DNA from: Oscillospiraceae bacterium
GTDB lineage: Bacteria; Bacillota; Clostridia; Oscillospirales; UBA929
DNA length: 51,936 bases
Assembly: GCA_009784085.1 (NCBI GenBank)
Contig: WRCJ01000002.1
Location: 1 to 51,936, forward strand
Reading direction: 5' to 3'
This document shows positions 7,770 to 16,143 of this stretch, piece after piece. The position numbers were made by a program, and so were the translations under genes. Under the pieces are notes generated by a model. That model was not told the DNA's origin and did not search any database. It was given only the letters and a program-made list of their open reading frames with translations. The number at the start of each line of letters is the position of its first letter. Within the stretch, counting starts at the first letter, position 1.

Positions 7770-9218
7770 CTAGCGCGTGTTGCGGCCCTTATAATGCTTG
7801 GCCAGCAGCACGGCGTCCACCCGATCGAGCTCCTCCCGGGGCAGCACGGACAACGTCCGCCAGCCGATCTCCAGGGTCTGGTCGATAGAACGGAACTCCG
7901 TCATGCCTTGCTGCAAGAAGTCCTTCTCGAACAGCCGCCCGAAGGTCATATAGCATTTGTCGGTCTCGGAGATCTCGTCTTCGCCGATGACGGAAGCCAA
8001 CGCCCGCGCCTCCTGCACCCGCGCATAGGAGGAAAAGAGCTGGCTCGACAATGTGGGATGGTCGTCCCGGGTCATGCCCCGGCCGATGCCGTCCTTCATC
8101 AAGCGGGACAAGGAGGGCAACACGGCGATGGGCGGGTACAGGCCGCCCCCAGCCAGCGTGCGATCCAGCACGATCTGCCCTTCGGTGATATAGCCGGTCA
8201 GGTCGGGGATCGGGTGGGTGATGTCGTCGTTGGGCATGGTCAGGATGGGCATCTGTGTCACAGAACCGGGCTTGCCCACAAGCGTCCCGGCCCGCTCGTA
8301 CAGCGAAGCCAAGTCGGAATAGAGATAGCTGGGATACCCCTTGCGGCTGGGGATTTCACCCTTGGAAGAGGAGAACTCCCGCAAAGCCTCGCAATAGGAG
8401 GCGATGTCGGTCAAAATAACCAGCACGTGGTAGCCATGGTCGAAGGCCAGGTACTCGGCGGCGGTGAGGGCGCAGCGGGGCGTCAAGATGCGCTCGATGA
8501 TGGGGTCGGAGGCCAGGTTCATGAACATGACCACCCGTTGCAGGGCGCCGGATTCCTCAAAGCTCCGGATGAAGAAGTCGGCGGTGTCATTTTTGACGCC
8601 CATGGCGGCGAATACGATGGCGAACGCGCCCTCGTCATCCCCCGTGACACGGGCCTGGCGCACGATTTGGGCAGCCAGTTCGTTGTGGCTGAGGCCGGCG
8701 CCGGAGAAGATCGGCAGCTTTTGCCCCCGGATGAGCGTGGCCATGCCATCGATGGCCGAGAGGCCGGTCTGTATGCAGGCGCGGGGATACTGCCGGGAGA
8801 CCGGGTTGATAGCCGAACCGTTGATGTCGCGCGTCTCCACGGCGATGTGCGGCCCCAAGCCGTCGATGGGCCGCCCGCCGCCGCCGAACACGCGCCCTAG
8901 GATGTCGGGGGACAGCGGTAGCATCAGGGGACGCCCGGTAAACCGTGTGTGCGTGTTCTGGAGCGATAGACCCTTTGTCCCCTCAAAGACCTGCACCACC
9001 ACACGGTCGCCGTCGATCAGGATGACGCGCCCGGTGCGGGAACGATTGCCGGATGCGCCGGGTGCACTTGATGCGCCGGATGCGCCGGATGCGCTGGGTG
9101 AACCGGATAGGGTAATCTCGGCCATTTCCTCATAGGAGACCCCCGAGACCCCCTCCAGGACAATCAATGGTCCGTTGATCTCGGTCAAACCGATGTATTC
9201 CATGCGCACGGGCGGCAA
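7770..9218 (-). CDS. ntpB: V-type ATP synthase subunit B (with a ~26-aa low-complexity insertion near the N-terminus)
   Basis: Conserved B-subunit blocks (QVFEGT.GL, PGRRGYP-like [22 protein letters not shown]); located between A and D. Confidence 0.93.
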   Translation of the reverse strand: MPPVRMEYIGLTEINGPLIVLEGVSGVSYEEMAEITLSGSPSASGASGASSAPGASGNRSRTGRVILIDGDRVVVQVFEGTKGLSLQNTHTRFTGRPLMLPLSPDILGRVFGGGGRPIDGLGPHIAVETRDINGSAINPVSRQYPRACIQTGLSAIDGMATLIRGQKLPIFSGAGLSHNELAAQIVRQARVTGDDEGAFAIVFAAMGVKNDTADFFIRSFEESGALQRVVMFMNLASDPIIERILTPRCALTAAEYLAFDHGYHVLVILTDIASYCEALREFSSSKGEIPSRKGYPSYLYSDLASLYERAGTLVGKPGSVTQMPILTMPNDDITHPIPDLTGYITEGQIVLDRTLAGGGLYPPIAVLPSLSRLMKDGIGRGMTRDDHPTLSSQLFSSYARVQEARALASVIGEDEISETDKCYMTFGRLFEKDFLQQGMTEFRSIDQTLEIGWRTLSVLPREELDRVDAVLLAKHYKGRNTR

Positions 9219-9310
9219 CCTCCCCTCGTTGGTGTTTGGCGGCTATTGGTGGTTGGTGGCTATTGGTGGTTATTGACGTGCTATAGGTGTCGATAGGTGT
9301 CTACTGGCGG

Positions 9311-11083
9311 CTATTGGTGGTCGGCCAGCACCCGGGCCACGCAATCGCGGATATCCTTCTTGTATCGGGACAACCTGTCCCCTTTATCATCCGAAAGCTC
9401 GTATTTCATCCGGATGAGGCGATCGAAAATGCCTGTGGCGGTCAGCTGGCCGAGCGGGATGCCGAGGTCAACGAGCTTTTTGCCCTCGTCTATGAGGGTC
9501 AAGACAACATCCAGCATCGCGGCTTGTTTCTTCAGGGGCATATAGGTATCCGTGCCGTGGTAGGCATTTTGCTGCAAAAAGCCCAAACGCGCCACGCGGG
9601 CGGCCTCAATGACCAGTTTCTGCCCCTCGGGCAGGATGTCGGCGCCTATCAATTTGACGATCTCGTTGAGCTGGGACTCCTCCTGGAGGAGCCGCGCCAA
9701 CCGGGCGCGGTTCTCGCCAAAGGCACGGCCAAGCCTAGCCTCGTACCAGGGAGCCAGGTCGTCGAGATACTCCGAATAGGACGACAGCCAGTTGATAGCC
9801 GGGAAATGGCGGGCGTAGGCCAGCTGGCGGTCGAGCGCCCAGAAACAGCGGACGAACCTCTTGGTGTTTTGGGTGACCGGCTCGGAGAAGTCGCCGCCTT
9901 GGGGGCTGACCGCGCCGACGACCGTGATAGAACCCTCCCGGTCGCCCAGCGCGCTTACGTAACCGGCCCGCTCGTAAAACTCCGCCAGCCGCGAGGGCAA
10001 ATAGGCGGGGAAGCCTTCTTCGGCGGGCATCTCCTCCAAGCGTCCGGCGATTTCGCGCAACGCCTCGGCCCAGCGGGAGGTGGAGTCCGCCATGATGGCT
10101 ACGTGATACCCCATGTCCCGGTAGTACTCCGCGATGGTCATGCCGGTGTAGACAGACGCCTCGCGCGCGGCTACCGGCATGTTGGACGTATTGGCGATGA
10201 GTACGGTGCGCTCCATCAGGGGCCGCCCCGATTTTGGGTCGATGAGCGCGCCAAACTCCTCCAGTACCTGGGTCATCTCGTTGCCGCGCTCGCCGCAGCC
10301 CAGGTAGATGATGATATCGGCGTCCGACCACTTGGCCAGCTGGTGCTGGGTGATCGTCTTGCCCGCGCCAAAAGGGCCCGGGATGGCCGCGCAGCCTCCC
10401 TTGGCGATGGGGAACAGCGTGTCGATTACGCGCTGCCCGGTGACAAGCGGCATGCTGACGGGGATGCGGCGACCGACCGGCCGGGGCGTCCGGATGGGCC
10501 ATTCCTGTGCCAGCGTCAGTTTTACCGATACGTCGTCCGGCGTCTCCAGCTTGACGACCGTGTCGTTCACGCGGCAGTCGCCGGCCTTGCGGACATAGAC
10601 CACCCGGCCGGAAACGCCCGGCGGCGTCATGACGCGGTGCCGGATGGCGTTGGTTTCCCGGCACTCGGCGTACACCTGGCCGGGGGACAACGTTTGCCCC
10701 ACAGCCGTCCGGGGGGTTATCTTCCAGACTTTTTCGGCGTCCAGCGAGGGGATGTTGACACCCCGGGCGAGATAGCATCCGGTGCGCTTCTCGATGGTGC
10801 GCAGGGGCCGGGCGATCCCGTCGAAAATATTGCCGATGAGGCCGGGCCCCAGCTTGAGGGACATGGGCGCCCCCGTGCCTTCGACAGGATGGCCGGGCAT
10901 GATGCCCGCGGTATCCTCATAGACCTGCACAACGATGTCGTCGCCGCGCAGGCCGACCACCTCGCCGATCAGGCGTTCAGGGCCGACATAGACCATATCC
11001 ATCATGCTAAACTCCCGCCCGCCTCGCACGGTGACCACGGGACCATTGACACCATGTACATAATACATAGGATCGTTCCTCAA
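9311..11083 (-). CDS. ntpA: V-type ATP synthase catalytic subunit A
   Basis: P-loop GPFGAGKT, GERGNEM, and the non-homologous-region architecture typical of A subunits. ATGA-type overlap with the upstream gene. Confidence 0.95.
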   Translation of the reverse strand: MRNDPMYYVHGVNGPVVTVRGGREFSMMDMVYVGPERLIGEVVGLRGDDIVVQVYEDTAGIMPGHPVEGTGAPMSLKLGPGLIGNIFDGIARPLRTIEKRTGCYLARGVNIPSLDAEKVWKITPRTAVGQTLSPGQVYAECRETNAIRHRVMTPPGVSGRVVYVRKAGDCRVNDTVVKLETPDDVSVKLTLAQEWPIRTPRPVGRRIPVSMPLVTGQRVIDTLFPIAKGGCAAIPGPFGAGKTITQHQLAKWSDADIIIYLGCGERGNEMTQVLEEFGALIDPKSGRPLMERTVLIANTSNMPVAAREASVYTGMTIAEYYRDMGYHVAIMADSTSRWAEALREIAGRLEEMPAEEGFPAYLPSRLAEFYERAGYVSALGDREGSITVVGAVSPQGGDFSEPVTQNTKRFVRCFWALDRQLAYARHFPAINWLSSYSEYLDDLAPWYEARLGRAFGENRARLARLLQEESQLNEIVKLIGADILPEGQKLVIEAARVARLGFLQQNAYHGTDTYMPLKKQAAMLDVVLTLIDEGKKLVDLGIPLGQLTATGIFDRLIRMKYELSDDKGDRLSRYKKDIRDCVARVLADHQ

Positions 11084-11778
11084 ATCATTATTTCGGCGAA
11101 GAATTTTTCTTTCCAGTCCTCAAAGTTGGCGTCGAAGGTCAGGTTGAGGCGCCGGTTCGCGGCCTTTGCGGTCAGACCACCCAGCTGGATGGCGCTGTCG
11201 CCACGGAACTCAGCGCGGCCGCAGACGGCGGCGGTTAGCGCCGGCGCGAGGGGCATGTCCGCATGGCGTAGGCTGACGACCACCGGCGACCCCAGTGCGC
11301 CCGTCGGCGACCCCACCGACGTGTCCGTCGGTGCCCCCACCGGCGCGTATTCCTCCGCGCCCGTCGGCGACCCCACCGACGCGCCTGCCTCCCCTGCCTC
11401 CCCCGCTTCCCCCAGGACATCGACGGCCTGCCGCGCCATATCAGCCAAGCGATCGGCATAACCGGGCGTTTGCACGTAGGCCTGCACACGCTCCCGCACG
11501 GAAAGTAGCACGCCCTGCGACAGCTCGGCGCGCCGCGCGAACAACAAACGCTTGCATTCCATCTGCCTTCGGGCCACGCGCCGCCCATTTTCGGTGCGTA
11601 CGCGCGCAATTTCCTGTTTGATATAACGATAGGACTCTTCCAGCGCATCGTCCTCGGCGCCGCGCCGCGCACTCTCGCGCCGCTGGCGGACTTCTTCCAG
11701 GATAACCTGGGTATCGGCGGCGGCGTCCGACGTGATGGTTTCAGTAAACCGCCTGAGTTTTTCATCAAAATCCGGCAA
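11080..11778 (-). CDS. ntpE: V-type ATP synthase subunit E-like stalk protein (TTG start, ~43-aa low-complexity insertion)
   Basis: Position immediately upstream of A. The N-terminus is a charged coiled coil and the C-terminal domain is globular. TTG at 11778 follows a G-rich Shine-Dalgarno. Confidence 0.65.
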   Translation of the reverse strand: MPDFDEKLRRFTETITSDAAADTQVILEEVRQRRESARRGAEDDALEESYRYIKQEIARVRTENGRRVARRQMECKRLLFARRAELSQGVLLSVRERVQAYVQTPGYADRLADMARQAVDVLGEAGEAGEAGASVGSPTGAEEYAPVGAPTDTSVGSPTGALGSPVVVSLRHADMPLAPALTAAVCGRAEFRGDSAIQLGGLTAKAANRRLNLTFDANFEDWKEKFFAEIMI

Positions 11779-11792
11779 AATATCCCCCCGCC

Positions 11793-11997
11793 CCCATTAT
11801 ATATTGAAACCGCGCCCCCCCGTAGGGGCGGCATCCTGCCGCCCGCGACCCCCGTAACCCCCAAACGGCGTATATGGATCCTGCGACTGCGCACAGGATG
11901 ACGGGGGATTATCGTAGGGCGCGGCATCCGTGACGCGCCGTTCGGCATCCGTGACGCGCCGTTCGGCATCCCGCCGCCCGCGCCCATTATATATTGA
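11793..11997. repeat. 175-bp hairpin-rich (REP-like) insert between the subunit F and E genes, bracketed by a perfect 15-bp direct repeat
   Basis: CCCATTATATATTGA occurs at 11793-11807 and 11983-11997; the latter contains the subunit F stop codon. The interior holds GGGCGGCA-tcc-TGCCGCCC, ATCCTG-N10-CAGGAT and GGCGCG-N10-CGCGCC hairpins, plus a 20-21 nt tandem copy. Confidence 0.65.
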
Positions 11998-12295
11998 CGC
12001 CGATCGCTTCGCGGATGTACTTTGTGATGGAATCCGGGCTACGGCCGGTGCCGTGGCGATCGGGGATCTCGATGACCAGCGTGCCAGTCAGCTTGAGTTT
12101 GAGCTCGAAGATCAAATCGGGGATCGAAGCAGCCAGCTTCTCCGTGATGAGCAGCACGCCGATGTCCGGGTTGGCGATGACATCGGACACTGCCGCCCGC
12201 GCCGCCTCCGGCGTCAACACGCGCATCCCTTCTACCCCGGCCAGGCGAAACCCGGTCACCGTGTCTGTATTGTCAGAAAGTACAAAGAGACGCAC
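11987..12295 (-). CDS. V-type ATP synthase subunit F (GTG start)
   Basis: VRLFVLSDNTDTVTGFRLAGVEG...VLLITEKLA...IIEIPDRHG is the canonical subunit F. GTG at 12295 overlaps the TAG of the proteolipid gene by 1 nt. The 250-aa ORF in the track is an upstream extension. Confidence 0.8.
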   Translation of the reverse strand: MRLFVLSDNTDTVTGFRLAGVEGMRVLTPEAARAAVSDVIANPDIGVLLITEKLAASIPDLIFELKLKLTGTLVIEIPDRHGTGRSPDSITKYIREAIGVNI

Positions 12296-12723
12296 TAGAA
12301 CTTCCCCAAAATCGTAAACGAAATGATCATGCCGTACAGCGCGATGCCCTCCGCCAACGCCACGAAGATAAGCGCCTTGCCGAAGGTCTTTTCGTTTTCC
12401 GAGATGGCGCCCAGCGCCGCCGACGCGGAGGCGGCCACGGCGATGCCGCCGCCTATGCCGGATAGCCCGGTGGCCAACGCCGCCGCCACCATGCCCAGCC
12501 CGGCTTGGTTGTCCAGCGCGGCCGCCGCCGCCGCCTCGGCCTCGCCGGCGGCCAACGCCCGCCCGGCTAGCGCGACGGTCAGCGCAATCCCCAAGACGAA
12601 AAACGAGGCGATGTTGCCAAGGAGCGCCCCCTTCACAGATTTGCCGGACACGCGGCGCCGGTAGATGGGATACAGCGGCAGAAGGATCACCAGCGTGAGG
12701 ATAAGCGCAAACAGGTATTCCAT
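12295..12723 (-). CDS. ntpK: V-type ATP synthase proteolipid subunit K/c
   Basis: Hydrophobic hairpins with GLSGIGGGIAVA and ALAEGIALYGMIISF (conserved Glu). The ATG at 12723 is chosen over the longer track ORF. Confidence 0.8.
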   Translation of the reverse strand: MEYLFALILTLVILLPLYPIYRRRVSGKSVKGALLGNIASFFVLGIALTVALAGRALAAGEAEAAAAAALDNQAGLGMVAAALATGLSGIGGGIAVAASASAALGAISENEKTFGKALIFVALAEGIALYGMIISFTILGKF

Positions 12724-12790
12724 AGTAATAAACCCCCATTCCTTGAAAAAGCCTCGTATTGCGAGGCGAATTATTGATCGATCTCGCGAG

Positions 12791-14728
12791 TTATTGGCTG
12801 TTCCGCGAGGAATAATCGATGATGATGGGATGGTACGGTTTGCCGTCCCCCTCGTAGAAGCGGGAAAAAATCTCATAGAACTCCAGGCGCAGCACCTGGA
12901 TGCCCACCAACAGGCCCTCGATGCCCATGACGATGAGGTTGCCGACGGCGACCACCGCGATGTTGGGGCTGTCATGGCCGCCGGCCAGCATGAACACGAC
13001 CGACATCATGGAGGCGTGGCTGATGGCGTAGGCGCCGACGCGCAGGAAAGAGATGGTGTTGGTGATGTACGACAGCAACACCTCGATGAGTTCGAAGAGG
13101 TTCTCCAGGATAAAATCCGCCATGCTCCCCGGTTTTCGCGCACGGCGGTGCGTGATGAGGTGGGACAGGGGCTCCCGCAGGAAAACAAGCGCAAAGGGAA
13201 GCGCGGCGAAGGCCAGCAGGAGGCCAGAGGGCAGGATTTGGTCGGCGAAACCCAAAATGGGCAACGTCGCGCAGATGACGGAGAGGTATAGAATCAAACC
13301 GGCCAGCCCCGACGGCCCAAACAACAGCTTGCCGTAATTCTTTTGCCTGATGCCGTTGAGCAGGTTGGCCAGCATGGAGAAAGCCAGCAACCCGACGCCC
13401 ATATAGACGGCCAGGCGCAGCCCCAGCGCCGTGTTGTCGCCGGAGGCCAATATCCTGAAATTGAGGCCGACAAGCCCTGCCGGCTCGAATCCGAACACGC
13501 TGCCATACACAAAAAGCCCGAACACAACGGCCGACGCGCCCATATAGCAGACGGCGCGCCCCAGCCACATGCCTTTGCATTTCCACAGCAGGAAACCGAT
13601 GACCATCAGCAGCGCACCCTGCCCGGCGTCGCCGAACATCAAGCCGAACAGCAACGTGAAGGTGATGCACATCATCGGCGTGGGATCGGCCTCGTGGTAA
13701 GAAGGCAGCCCGTACATCGCGATAAATGGCTCAAAAGCCCTGAATATGCGCGGGTTCTTGAGCAGGATGGGCGGCGTGTACGCCGAGACGGCCTCGGGTT
13801 CGTCGGATAAGACCACGACGGAGAGGTTGGGCTGGTGGCCCAGAAGATCGGTAAAGGCTTCAAAATCCGGTTCCGGCACCCAGCCCAGCAGATAGAAACT
13901 CTCGCGGGTGTGCGCGGCGTATCGGCGGATGTCGAAGCTGTCGTTCATAAACCGGATGTAGGAGTAGTGCCGCAGGAAGTTGTCCCGCTCGCGCATGAGC
14001 AAGTCCACAAGCTCGGCCTCCACGTCCGACAGTCGGGCAGCCGCCTTTTCGGAGTTCTCCTGAATCTCGTGGATCGCCTGCTCGCGGGTGCCGTGGACGC
14101 GCTCGGAGATGCGGATGCGCTCGAAGTGTAGCGAGGCAAACAGGGCGTCCACCTTCTCCTTGTCGCTGCGCGGCACCATATACATGCCCCAGACCCAGTC
14201 CCGCTCGATGCTGGTGGGGAAGAAAAAGAGGTCAAACCGCTCGTTTAAGTGGCCGATGAAGTTGTTGTAGGTCTCCCGGGGCATGCGGCCGAACCGGAAT
14301 TTGATGTACGAAACGTTAAAAAATTCTTCCAAGGGGACGTTGACTTCCAAGATATGCCTGAGATGCGTGAGGATGCGCTCGTTTTCGTCGATGCGCTGTT
14401 TGATTTCCTCCGACTCCCGCGCGAGCGCGTCAAAACGGTCCCCCACCTGGCGCAAATAGGTTAAAACCTTGTCCGGCGTGTCGTTTTGCGATTCGAAAGG
14501 CCGGTAATCCAGTTTGATGCCCAGCCGGTCAGCCAGGGACTCAGCCTGCCTGAGCATGTCGACGAAAGGGTTCTGCTGATCGAAGGGGTAGAGGAATTTT
14601 ACGTTCTTCATGATTTTGGTCGTCGGCTCTGGGTGAAACTGTTGGTTGATTATGCATGAATAGACCACGGAATCGAACTCGCCCAGCGGCCCCGCTATGG
14701 TCACCAGTTTCATGGGAACAACAGACAT
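12791..14728 (-). CDS. ntpI: V-type ATP synthase subunit I/a
   Basis: 645 aa, with a soluble N-terminal half and a polytopic C-terminal half containing the LRLxxxxxxE-type motif (SFLRVGAYAISHA); operon position. Confidence 0.9.
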   Translation of the reverse strand: MSVVPMKLVTIAGPLGEFDSVVYSCIINQQFHPEPTTKIMKNVKFLYPFDQQNPFVDMLRQAESLADRLGIKLDYRPFESQNDTPDKVLTYLRQVGDRFDALARESEEIKQRIDENERILTHLRHILEVNVPLEEFFNVSYIKFRFGRMPRETYNNFIGHLNERFDLFFFPTSIERDWVWGMYMVPRSDKEKVDALFASLHFERIRISERVHGTREQAIHEIQENSEKAAARLSDVEAELVDLLMRERDNFLRHYSYIRFMNDSFDIRRYAAHTRESFYLLGWVPEPDFEAFTDLLGHQPNLSVVVLSDEPEAVSAYTPPILLKNPRIFRAFEPFIAMYGLPSYHEADPTPMMCITFTLLFGLMFGDAGQGALLMVIGFLLWKCKGMWLGRAVCYMGASAVVFGLFVYGSVFGFEPAGLVGLNFRILASGDNTALGLRLAVYMGVGLLAFSMLANLLNGIRQKNYGKLLFGPSGLAGLILYLSVICATLPILGFADQILPSGLLLAFAALPFALVFLREPLSHLITHRRARKPGSMADFILENLFELIEVLLSYITNTISFLRVGAYAISHASMMSVVFMLAGGHDSPNIAVVAVGNLIVMGIEGLLVGIQVLRLEFYEIFSRFYEGDGKPYHPIIIDYSSRNSQ

Positions 14729-14748
14729 GGGATAAACACCTCACATGC

Positions 14749-15798
14749 TCACATGGGTACGCCAAACAGGTAGGCCGGCGCCTTGTCGGGGCTTACCCCG
14801 TAGCGGACGCATTCGATAGCCGCTATCAGGTTCCTCAGCTCCACATCGCGCAAGCCGAGATAGGCGGATGGCGTATATACCGTGGGAATCCCACTTTTGA
14901 GAATCCTTCGGTTGAAATCGAAAAGAAACCGGTAATAGAAATCTTCAATTCGGGAAATCCGGCGGTCGTCGAGCCTCTTGCCGTACGGACCCTCGCGCAG
15001 CAACGCCTCGGCGGACTCATCGGTCTGGGCGGTGTACAGCCTGTTGACATAGGCGGGCGTAAGCTTGTATCGCACCGGCAACAGCATGGGGAGCACGGCG
15101 TCGCGCTGTCCGGGGAAAAACTTGCGCACCCGCATGATAATAGTCAGGTTGATCATGTCGGCCTGGGCGCCCACCGCCTCGCGCAGCAACTTATATTCGC
15201 GGCCCCGGTAGCGTTTGTCCACCAGGTTCATCAGTTCACGATAGTAGTGGTTGCGCATGATCATCTCCACCGACATGTAGTCCGGGAAGCCGCCGGAAAC
15301 GAGCGGCAACCGGGAGAGCGCGCCATGAAAACGCGCCCCGGCCACGGCCTGCATCATCTCCTCGTAGGTGGAGGCATGAGACAGCAAATCGTAGTCGATA
15401 CGGCTTTGGCGATAGATCGACGGCGGCAAATCCGGCCGATAATCGTCCGCCCTGCCAACTTGGGCATAACGCAGGAAGCGCATGATTTGCTCCATGTCGG
15501 ACTGCAGGATGCGGTCGTAGGTGATGAAGCGATCCTCCCGGGCGATGAAGCGGATAATGCGCGTATACTCGGACAAAAGGTGTCGCCGCAGACCCTCTTC
15601 CAGCGGCCCCCGGCGGGTCTCGTCGAAGGAAGCGTCAAAGGCGCCCCGCCAACCGGGATGCGCCTTGAGGAATTGCACGACGTCCGGCACGGTGCGCTGC
15701 GCCGCAATCCGGGCGAAGTCCTCCGGCGTCAGCCGCTTCGCGTACATAGCCCTGACCTTGGCGGCCGCCGCGCCATGGCTGAGCAGCGCGCCTATCAT
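14749..15798 (-). CDS. ntpC: V-type ATP synthase subunit C (V0 d-like)
   Basis: 349 aa helical protein at the expected position. 4-nt overlap with the upstream small stalk gene. Confidence 0.8.
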   Translation of the reverse strand: MIGALLSHGAAAAKVRAMYAKRLTPEDFARIAAQRTVPDVVQFLKAHPGWRGAFDASFDETRRGPLEEGLRRHLLSEYTRIIRFIAREDRFITYDRILQSDMEQIMRFLRYAQVGRADDYRPDLPPSIYRQSRIDYDLLSHASTYEEMMQAVAGARFHGALSRLPLVSGGFPDYMSVEMIMRNHYYRELMNLVDKRYRGREYKLLREAVGAQADMINLTIIMRVRKFFPGQRDAVLPMLLPVRYKLTPAYVNRLYTAQTDESAEALLREGPYGKRLDDRRISRIEDFYYRFLFDFNRRILKSGIPTVYTPSAYLGLRDVELRNLIAAIECVRYGVSPDKAPAYLFGVPM

Positions 15799-16112
15799 GT
15801 GTCGATGACCAACGAAAAAAGCTTGTCGGCCAGCTCGTCCCGGTGGGCGCTAAAATAAGCCTCCAAGCGTTGCATGTCGCTTGCCAGCGTGGCGTCCAGG
15901 CGCGCCACCTCTTGTTCCGCCCGCCCCTCTTCCTCTTGGCGTACAATCTGTACGCGGCGTTCGGCGCGGGCCAGGTAGTCTCGGCGCAATTCGTCGGCTT
16001 CGGCGCGAAGCTCGTCCGGTAGGTTGTCGCGCTCGGTTTTCGCGTCAAGCGTAATCCGCTTGGCCTCACGATCGGCGTCTATGATCTTGCCAAGCATCTC
16101 CATGTATTCCAT
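15795..16112 (-). CDS. Small coiled-coil V-ATPase stalk protein (G/H-like), first gene of the operon
   Basis: 105 aa, charged and helical (MEYMEMLGKIIDADREAKRI...). AGGAGG lies 6 nt upstream of the ATG at 16112. The longer track ORF runs back into pyrB. Confidence 0.5.
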   Translation of the reverse strand: MEYMEMLGKIIDADREAKRITLDAKTERDNLPDELRAEADELRRDYLARAERRVQIVRQEEEGRAEQEVARLDATLASDMQRLEAYFSAHRDELADKLFSLVIDT

Positions 16113-16143
16113 CAGGCGCCTCCTGAAGTCCTCAGCTATAGCA

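Noticed and set aside
9287-11461. 724-aa plus-strand ORF, the longest unannotated ORF in the track
   Set aside because: It lies exactly antisense to ntpA and ntpE, which have unmistakable motifs. The translation is Arg/Gly/Ala/Pro-rich with no recognisable domain. This is a typical shadow ORF of GC-rich DNA.
11987-12975. The track's long versions of the subunit F (250 aa) and proteolipid (226 aa) ORFs
   Set aside because: The N-terminal extensions overlap the preceding genes and are Arg/Gly-rich junk. The conserved protein sequences start at the GTG at 12295 and the ATG at 12723 respectively.
14656-15858. 400-aa plus-strand ORF; similar cases at 19004-20140, 7794-8900, 41495-42436 and 36958-37371
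   Set aside because: All are antisense to, or out of frame with, well-supported genes (ntpC, dusB, ntpB, M23, trmH-like). All have the Arg/Pro/Gly-rich composition expected from reading GC3-rich genes in the wrong frame.
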